From Lama glama (taxonomy: Eukaryota): 64,000 bases of DNA. The translations under genes and the position numbers were made by a program. The stretch's first letter is position 1. Every line of letters starts with the position of its first letter. The stretch spans positions 21,702,001 through 21,766,000 of the forward strand of contig CM052816.1 in assembly GCA_028534125.1 (NCBI GenBank), given 5' to 3'. Shown in pieces: positions 54,790 to 64,000 of this stretch. The notes below the pieces were generated by a model that did not search any database, had not been told where the DNA came from, and worked only from the letters and a program-made list of their open reading frames with translations.

Positions 54790-57700
54790 GTAAGAAATTT
54801 CATTTCATTTTAGTTTTTACGTTAAAATATGGAAAATAGAGCACTCATACAGAAAACAGTATAAAACATGCACGCATAGTTTAACAAATAATTAGAAAGC
54901 CATCACCCACATAATCAGTGCTCATCCAAATACAGAATGTTTTTGAGGCTCCAGAATTCTCTTCACATTTGCCTTCTAATCATGACCTCCTCCCCCTCAG
55001 AGATAACCTACTAGCCTATCTTTTCTAACGATAATGTCCTTGGTTTTCTTTTAGCCTTATCACTTACAAATGCATTCCTAAATGATATAATTTAGCTTTG
55101 CCTATTTCTAAATGTTAAAGGAGTGGATTTGAGTTGCTTTCTGTATTTACTGCGAACAAATCTGCTACGGACATTATCCTGGTGCAAATATACATATACA
55201 GGCACCCCACAGAGTTATTGCAGGTTTTATTCCAGACCACCGCAATTAAGCGAATATCGCAATAGAGTGAGGCACATGAATCTTTTGCTTTCCCAGTGCA
55301 TATGAAAGTTATGTTTACGCTATATTGTAATCTGTTAAGTGTGCAATAGCGCTATGTCTAAAGAACAATGTACATACCTTAATTAAAATAATATGATTGC
55401 TAAAAAATTCTAACCATCATCTGACAATGAAGGGTTGCCACAATCCTTCAATTTGTAAAAAACACAGTATCTGCAAAGTACAATAAAGCAAAGCACAATA
55501 AAAATGAGGGATTTATTAGATAGAATAAATGCCCCACCCCTCCATGCTGCTCTGGCCCCAAGATATCTGTGTCCAAATCCCTGAAACCTGTGAGTACGTT
55601 ATCTTATGTTTGCAGAGGTGACTGAATTAAGGATTTTGAGATGGGAAGATTATCCTGGATTATCTAAGTGGGCCCAGTGCAATCACAAGGGTCCTTATAA
55701 GAGGGAGTCAGGAGAGTTGAATCCAGAGGAGAAGATGGCACAACAAAAGCAGAGGTCAGACAGAGAGATTTGAAAATGTTCCACTGAAGGCCTCAAAGAT
55801 GGAGGAAGGGGCTGTGAGCCAAGGAATGCAGGAGGCCTCAAGAAGCTGGAAGAGTTGAAGAAATAGATTCTTTCAGAAGGAATGCTGCCCTACCAATACC
55901 TTGATTTTAGGACTTCTTACCTCTAGAACTGTAAGGTAATAAATTTTTGTTATTTTAAGCCACTAAGTCTGTGGTTTTGTATGTATACACCTACACATAA
56001 GAGCAGAATTGCTGGGACATGGAATATATTCAGTTTTACTGGATAGCATTAAATGATTTCCCAAAGTTGTACAATTTATACTCCCACCAGCAGTATTTGA
56101 GAATTCCTATTGCTCCGCATACTTGCCAGCATGAGAAATTGTCTGAAATTGTCAGACTTTAAAATTTTTTACAAATCTGGTAAACATAAATATCTCATTG
56201 TGCTTTAAAGTGGCCTTGTGCTGTTTACTAGTCAGGTTGAGAAACTTTTCATATGTTTACCCACCATTTGGGTTTCCTATAATGTGAAACATCTGTCCAA
56301 CATTTTGCCTAGTTTTCTCTAGGATTGTCTGCAACTTTCTTATTTGTAGGGTTTCTTTAAATATGCTACATACTAACGCTCTGTGGATTGTATATATTGC
56401 AAATATTTTCTCCCACTCCATTTATCTTGTCACCCCATGATGTCTTTTGAGGAATCAAAGGTCTTCATTTTAATATAGTCAAATCTTGTCTTTATTAGTA
56501 GAGCTTTTTGTATCTTAGATTAGAAATTCCTTCCTTCCCTACCTCAAGACCATTAAGTTTTCTCATATACTCTTTGAAAACTTTATAGTTTTGGTTTTCA
56601 TATTGATGTGCGTAATTGACCTGAGATAGTATGAGGTAGGGGGCTGATTTGTTTCCATATTAATAGTCATTTGTCCCAGAACCATTTTTTGAGAAGGCTG
56701 TCCTTTCCCTGTTGAATTGCATTATTACCTCTAGCATATTTCAAGAGTTCAGATACATGTGAGTGTGGGACTCTTTCTGGGCTCTCTGTCCTATTGCATT
56801 GGTCTACTTGTCTCTCTTTGAACCAATGTCACACTGTCTTCAATTGCATAATACAATAATTCAATACATAGTAAATTTCATAATTCACATTGTTATTATA
56901 ACACATAATATATCTGGTGGAGCATATTCTCTCACCTTGTCTTTTTTCTTTTTTTTTTTTTAATTTTGGGGGGAGGTAATTAGATTTATTTATTTATTTA
57001 CTTCATTTATTCTTTTTTTTAATGGAGGTACTGGGGATTGAACCCAGGACCTCGTGCATGCTAAGCACGTGCTCTACCACTGAGCTATACCCTCCCCCCT
57101 TGTCTTTTTTCTTTAAGAGTGTCTTGGCTGTTCTTTATACACATTGATTTTAAATCAGCTTGTCAATTTCTCCCTCAACATCACCCCCTCCCCCCAAATG
57201 CTGGGAGTTTGGGACTGCATTGATTCTATAAATCAATTTAGGTAAAATGGTATCCTTTAGATTCTTAAGACTTATAATCCATGAACAGGGTATATTAATT
57301 TTTTATTTCTCTATAGAGTTTAAAATTTTCTCAGTGGAGAACTTTGACATCTTTTGTTAGATTTATCTGTAGGAAGTTGGTATTTTGGTGTAATATTAAT
57401 AATGGTATCTTTTTAAAAATTTATATTAATAAATTTTTTCTCATGTAGAGAAATATAATTGAACTTTATAGAATGATTTTTTATCCAGAAAATTTATAAA
57501 CTCTCTTATAAATATTAAAAATTTACCTTTAGATCTTTTTGGGTTTTGTACATACACAAGTACATTGTGAAAAATGACATTTTGTTTCTACTTTTCTTAC
57601 TTTTATATCTTTTTAAAAGTTTTTTTTCTGTACTATGTGGGCTAGGACATTCTGCATAGTGTTAAATAGAAGTGGTGCTATCAGGCATCCTTGTCTTTCT

Positions 57701-60330
57701 ACAGATCTCTAAGGGAAAGATTTTGTCGTTTTACCCTTAACTATGATGTTTCCTCTAAGTATATAGCAGATATCCCTTATCAGATTAAAGAATTTCCTTC
57801 TATTCCTAGGTTTGTTGGCAGTTTTTTTTTAATCATGAATGGATGTTGATTTTATCAAATGTTTTTTCCGCATACATTGAGATGATCATACATGTTTTCT
57901 TCTTTTATCTGTTAATATGGTGAGTCACATTAATTTACTTTCTAGAGTTAAAAAAAATAATCTGTTACCATTTTTATGTATTGCTAGTTTGTGTATCCCA
58001 ATCTTTTTGTAAAGATTTTTGCATCTATTTTTATGAGTGAGATATAGGAGAACATGTGTTCTGATTTGCCTGGGACACCCCAGGGAATACTTATCCTGAT
58101 ATTATTTTTAATAGCACTTTCTTTCACTCTCAAAGTTTCCCAGGTTTGAATGATAAAGTGGATGAGAATGGCTCTGATATTGCCTTCTCATATTGTCTAT
58201 CCAGTTTTGGTATCACAGGAGTGTTTCCTCATATTACATTTTCTGGAAGAGTTTGTGTAAGATTGGAACTATGTCTTCCTTGAATATTTGGAAGAATTCA
58301 CTGTTGAACCCATTTGGGTCAGAGTTTTCTTAGAGAATCCATTATTTTATATGTTACAGGATTATTCATATTTTCTGTTTCTCCTTGAGTCATTTTTGAG
58401 GTTGTAATTTTATACCAATTTATTGTTTTTTTTTCTCAATTTTGTTAGCATTTGGCTTTTCAAATTATGCTATTGTCTTCTTAATGTTTGCAACATCAGT
58501 AGTGATGGTGCTGATATTGGCTATTAATTCTTCTCTCTACTATTTCACTAGAGGCTTGTTAGTTGTTGTCGACTTTACAAAAAAACAGCTTTGAGCTTTG
58601 TGATTCTTTCTGGTGTATGCTCAGTGTATGCTCAGTGTATGCTCATGTTCTACTTCATTACTGTTTGCCCTCTGTGATTTCCTTTTGTACATTTTGTTTT
58701 GTTTATTTTGGTGTTCTTTGTGAAGTTTCTTGACCTGGATGCTTAACTTGTTACTTTTCACTCTATTCTTTTCTAATATATGTACTTAAGACTCTAAATC
58801 AAACAATTTTTCTGAAAAAGGTCAGATAGTAAATACATTAGGCTTGGCAGATCTCGCTCAGAATGACTCAGTTCTGCTATTGTAGCACCAAAGCCCTTAG
58901 AGGCAATAAAGAAACAAATAGAAATAATTGGGTTCCAATAAAACTTTATTTAAAAAATTATGTTGTGGCCTGGATTTGACTCGTGGGCTGGATTTTGCCA
59001 ACGCCTGCTCTAAACTTTGCTCTGTGTATTGCTTTAGCAACTTCTCAAAGATTTTGATAAATTATATTTTGTTATCAGTTCAAATATTTTCTCATTTCCA
59101 TTTCAAATTCTTCTTTGCCATTTGGGTTATTTTTAAAGTGTGTTTCTTAATGTCTAAATATTTAGGGATTTCTAGTTTTCTTTTTTTTTCCTACTAATTT
59201 CTTCTTAACTGTTTTGTGGTCAGCAAATATTCTGTGTATCAGTGCTGTTCGATAAAAATATATTGCAAGCCACATATGTAATTAAAATTTTTCTAGTAGC
59301 CACAGTATAAAAGTAAAAAGGAGGTAGAAATTAATTTTAATAATGTATTTTGTCTAGCATCCTATATCCAAAATAGTATCATTTCAACCTGTCATCAATA
59401 TAAAAATTATTAATGCCGTATTTTTTACTTTTCTTTTTTTCACACTAAGTCTTCAAAATACAGTGTGTATTTTATATAGACAGCATATCTTAATTAGGAC
59501 TAGCCACACTTCAAGTCCTCAGCTTGTGCCTAGTGGTTACTGTATTGGGCAGTGTAGATCTCAATGATGTCACCCTTGGAAATTTGCTAAGATTTACCTT
59601 ATGATTTAGCATATGATCAATTTTTATCAGCGTTCCAAGTATATCTGAAAAGACTCTGAATTCTTTAGCTATTGAGTACAGCATTTTATAAAGAATGCAT
59701 TTATCAAAATGTTCATTTGGTCAGGACATTTTCTCATTATATTGTTCAATTGTTGTATCTTTACTAAATTTTTAGAATTTTGGGTGTGCTGTTCTGTGAG
59801 TCACAGAGTGGTAGGTGAAAGTCTTCCACCACGATTGTGAATTTGTCTAATTATCCTTGTAGTTCTGTCAGTTTTCCTTGACATATTTTGAAGTTATGCA
59901 TATAATATTTAAATTATATCTTCTTGAATTAAACAGTTCTTTGTTATAAAGTGACAATGAATTTTAAAGATCGTTTTGTTTCTAAAAAGATGTTTGGCTT
60001 AAAGTCGATTTTGTCTTAACTTCACTTTCTTGTTTTACTGCTTGCATGGTATATCTTTCTTCAGTCTTTTTTTAATGTAAGTGCTGCGGAAGCGAACACT
60101 CTTTCTCCGGTCTTTTGCTTTCGATGTCTCTTACATTTTAGATGGGTCTCTCCTTTTGCTTTTTAATCCAATCAGTCTTTATCTGTTACTTGGAACGTGT
60201 AAGTGTCTTTATTTTGAATCTAATATTACTGTCATATTTTGGATAAATTTTATCATCCTTTATAGTGACTTTCATTTTCCCTGCCTGTTCTTTTGGATTA
60301 GTTTTGTTTTTTGAAATCATTTTTCCCCTC
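54790..60330 (-). mobile_element. Long old L1 (ORF2/3' region) with nested Tigger3-like (about 55197-55510), MLT1 (about 55515-55975), SINE and MER-type hAT elements (about 58790-59010, 59240-59557)
   Basis: T-rich plus strand with L1 antisense motifs (TATACTCCCACCAGCAGTA, GGCATCCTTGTCTT, TTTCCTTCTATTCCTAG, ATCATGAATGGATGTTGATTTTATCAAATG). Confidence 0.75.
56951..57098 (-). mobile_element. tRNA-derived SINE (vic-1 type) nested in L1
   Basis: Same head; CTTGTCTTTTTTCTT target-site duplication. Confidence 0.88.
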
Positions 60331-62799
60331 TACTAGTTTGAAAACCCTCTAGCTAAATTAAACAAGAGAGTGCCCTTCTGCACTGAGATCCCTTATATCT
60401 CTGGCCAAACCCAAAGAAGGGACAGGACTTTGGCTCCCCCTACGGCAAATACTTCCTCCCACCAGCCCAGGAAACCTTTATCAAGCTGGCCAAGAGGCCT
60501 AGCCCTAAATAATCTCAAGCTTTCATTCCCTGTGTCTTATACCCCTTAAGAGTCTGAGCTTTTGAAAGTCAAAAGCCTTTTCTCTGTTTCTGAGCTAACA
60601 TCCCTCCCTGGAAGTCCTGTATGCTTCACATTCCAGCTGCAGGAATTGGGAGTGCTTTGTAGAGCAACAGAATTAATCAAGAAAACACAACTGGGTTAAT
60701 ATTTGCTAGTCTTTTCTTTTTATGTAGTTGTCATCAGTTTTTTTTCCTTGACTTCTTGGGAAATAAAGAAAGCTAGTTAGGGAAAGCAAGGGCCCAGGGG
60801 ACCACAAGTGACAAGGAGGGGGATTGAGGTCTGAGTGCCAGTTCTGTTCTCTCCCCAGCGTCATCTCTCCTTTTTCTCTGCCCCGATGTGTGCTGTGAGA
60901 CCACTACCCAAGAAGGCTGCCCCACAGAGGGCACCACTGGGGGTGTTGCTCCCGTTGAAGCACACGGGCATCCAGTTTTGGGGGGCTCCTGCCCCAGAGG
61001 TATCACTGGAAGGTTTCAGAATCCTGAGCCTGTTGCATCAGCCTCATTGCTGCTCACCACCTCCCAGGGCCAGAGCTCCCCTGTTATCTGCCTGACAGCC
61101 CCTGTCGTCTCAGTAACTTGTCCCTCTGCCTGCCCCCAGCACAGCCCTCCTTGGGCTTAGTCTTGGAACTCTATTACTTAGACCAGGACAGCACCATCCC
61201 ACAGCTCCTTTCTCACCCAGGTGGTCTCTCCTTAGATGTTCCCTAAGGGCCTCAAACTCACCTCATTGTAAACTGGGTCATCCCACTAAATGCCAGGCAC
61301 TGTTCTGAAGGCTCAGGATACATAAATGAACAAGGTAGCCAGAGATCCCTGCCCTTGTGAGGCTCAGCACGGAGAAAGACAGACAATACAATAAGGTCCT
61401 AATAAAAATTATATGGTAGGTTAGAAGGTGATAAATGCTTTGGAAAAAGTAGAGCAGAAGAGATTCAGGAATGTTGAGAAGAGGAGGGAGGGATAGTGAC
61501 TTTTTAAAATATGGTGGCCAAGGCGGCCCTTGGGGAACTCAGTGGCAGCCTCCTTGAGAACACAATGTAGTGCAGGGGCTGTGGGAGCAGACAGAAGTGT
61601 CTCCACCCAGCCGGTGGGGGTTGATGGAGGGCTTCCGGGAAGAGGGCCTGGTGAACTGGCTCTTGAAGGATAATATGAGAAGTCAGCCACAGCACGGAAG
61701 ACAGCGGGGGAAGGTGTTTCAGGCAGAGGAGGCAGCATGGGCAACAGCCCAGAAGTGACAGTGAAAGTGGCTCCGTACCGCACCACAGACAGGTCACTTT
61801 GGCTGGAGAGCAGCGGGGTCTGAGAAAGGTGTCCATCCTGGGGCCAGTGAAAGCTTGAGTGAAGATCACTCCCCAGGAATGTGAGACCACAGGAGGCCCT
61901 TCTGTACCTGAACCTGCACCCCTTGCTTAGCGCATCAGTGCTTTTTCCCCAGAGCGTGGCGGTGAAGTAGTGGGGTTCTCTGCCATACTTGTGCTGAGTG
62001 CAGGTCTGCCTAGGGCTGAATGGTCCCTTAGAGCCACAGCTGCCTCTCACCAAGACATCAAGCTGGCTGCCACCTTGGGAAAGGTGGGGGCAGGGGCAGT
62101 GTGCCTAGCCCCGGGTCTCTGAAGCTACTCTGGTAGGGCAGCTGCTGAGACTAGCTGTGGCTTCTGATCTCAGAAGAAGGCAGGAAGCTGTGGCCAAGGC
62201 CACAGCAACATTTGCTCGTATAAAAGGAGAAAGGAAGTATGTGCCAGGAAATATGTGCAGCAGCCCCTCCCTGGCCTGGGCCTGAGTGACCTCAGTCCGG
62301 CAGAGTCCTGGATCTGACCCGAGGCCTCATGGAGGCAGCAGTGCCCACTCCTTCCCAGATGGCACCATCTGGCCTTGGAGCGGCAGTGGTCAAAGGGGTC
62401 ACTGACGCAAGGGACCCTGGGCCCAACAGATGTGGAATCTGTGACCAAAGGCCTCAGGTGACTGGAGACCTCCCCACACACACTCCGCCCCAAAGCCTCT
62501 CTGAGCTGGGGCTTCCCGTGACTGTAGCCGCAGAGGTTTCTCAGGCTGCTTCTCTCTGACGATTTTTCCATAGAAGAGCTGGGAACTAATGTGAACCACC
62601 ATCTGGAGCCCTGGTCTCTGAAAACCTCACGGATTCTCCCCTGCGCCTCTCATCTGCCTCCACACCCCCGTGCTGCCCAAAGGCCTGGTGCAGGACTCTG
62701 GGCTTCCATGTTAGCCAGGCCTCTACCATCTTCTACCATGGCCACAAACGTTGCTGGAATTCACTCTGTGCAGATCCAACTCATGTCAGATCTGAGGAT

Positions 62800-63620
62800 A
62801 CAGTAATGAACAAGAGCAGGCCTGCCATCAAGGAGCAACCAGGATAGAGAGGGTGACAGAAAACAAAGAAGGGAACACACGTACAAACAAGATAATTTCA
62901 GACAGTGATAAATGTTAGTAATAAAATATAGCATGGGACTATGATAGAGTTTGACTGGGCAAGCACCATGAGACTGTGTCCTCAGGCAAGGCCTCCCCAG
63001 GAGGGGACATCTGAGTTCAGATCTGAATGACAAGAGAGGCAACCATAGGAAGAATGGGGTTCAGAAGAGCAGTGGCAAGGCCGTCCATGGGAGTAAAGGG
63101 AGTCTTTGAAGAAGAGGAGGCAGTCTAGCTGGGAGGGGGAGGTGGAAGGGTAGGCAGGGCTGAATTCCATATAGCCTGTAGGCCTGGTGAGGGCTCTGAA
63201 TTATCTTTCTCTCTTTTTTTTTTTTTTGATGGAGGTACTGACAATTGAACCCAGGACCTTGTACATGCTAAGCACACGCTCTACCACTGAGCTATACCCT
63301 CCCCCTGGGACTCTGAATTCTATTCCAAGTTGGAAGATTTTAAAGCAGGCCTTGATGACATGATCTAATTTAGGTTTTTCAAAGATTCGTCTGGCTGCTG
63401 TGACAGAGTAGACAATAGAGGAACAAGAGTAGGAGTGGATGGACTTTCCACATATTTTAAAAGCAGAGCTGAAAGAAGTTGCTGACAGACAGGATATGAT
63501 GTGTGAATATGAAAGGAGTCAGGGATGAATTGAAAGATTCTTGATGAACCATCGGATGGATTGGGGTACCATGAACTGAAATGGGGAGGATCACTGAAAG
63601 AAGGCTGATGGGGTGGTAAG
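62800..63620 (-). mobile_element. LINE-2 fragment (another at about 61285-61500)
   Basis: GGATACAGTAATGAACAAG...CCTGCCATCAAGGAGC; GACATGATCTAATTTAGGTTTT. Confidence 0.55.
63203..63305 (-). mobile_element. tRNA-derived SINE (vic-1 type) nested in L2
   Basis: Same head; CTCTGAATT on both flanks. Confidence 0.85.
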
Positions 63621-64000
63621 AATATGAGAGTCCTGTGCTTGCTGTCATATGGATTGTGAGGCTTCAGCTGGCAAGTAATTGAATGTAAAAGTAAGCCAGC
63701 CTAAGCATCAAGGGGAATATATTGACTCTGATAAGTGGAAAGTCCAGAATTCAGGCATGGTTTGATCCATGGGTCCTCAATCTGGCTCCCCTCAGTGGGG
63801 ATAAATGACTGTTTTGGTGTCAGTCCCACCAGAAGCAGCAGCCACTCACCAGAAGAAGAAGCTTCTGTTACCCAACCATTTAACAAAATTTCTGAACTTA
63901 TATTCAATTTGATTGGACCAATTTAGATCACCAGTCATTGTGGCAAATGGGAATGGGATCATACTAATTGTCCTCACCAATCAGAGACCATCCCTGCAGC

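Noticed and set aside
61421..62053. Longest ORF (210 aa) and similar ones such as 847..1404 and 35818..36294
   Set aside because: No recognisable domain or gene signals; partly overlaps L2; typical chance ORFs in GC-rich DNA.

Overview
Mammalian genomic DNA, very probably camelid (four vic-1-type tRNA-derived SINEs). It covers the IL3-CSF2 part of the type-2 cytokine cluster. Three intact spliced genes can be read exon by exon on the minus strand: IL3 (5 exons, 151 aa, 41156-43073), CSF2/GM-CSF (4 exons, 144 aa, 27181-29236) and a third short-chain four-helix cytokine starting about 1.3 kb past the CSF2 polyA signal (4 exons, 150 aa, 23845-25576). The third gene has GM-CSF-type cysteines, the helix-A Glu of beta-common ligands and a TATA/CLE0-like/GATA promoter. 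By position and structure it is most likely KK34, a little-known IL-3/IL-5/GM-CSF family member. Head-to-head with IL3 on the plus strand (about 48590-50440) lies a strongly diverged, inverted IL3 paralogue with recognisable promoter, five exon remnants and intron homology, disabled by several lesions. Near the window start (about 3.2-6.0 kb, minus) are remnants of an intron-containing ZSWIM9-like (MULE/SWIM) pseudogene. The rest is regulatory DNA (GM-CSF promoter and -3 kb enhancer, candidate CTCF insulator) and interspersed repeats (ERVL provirus, L1, L2, MIR, MLT1, Tigger, MER). Repeat family names and comparisons with human or bovine sequences are from memory, not database searches.
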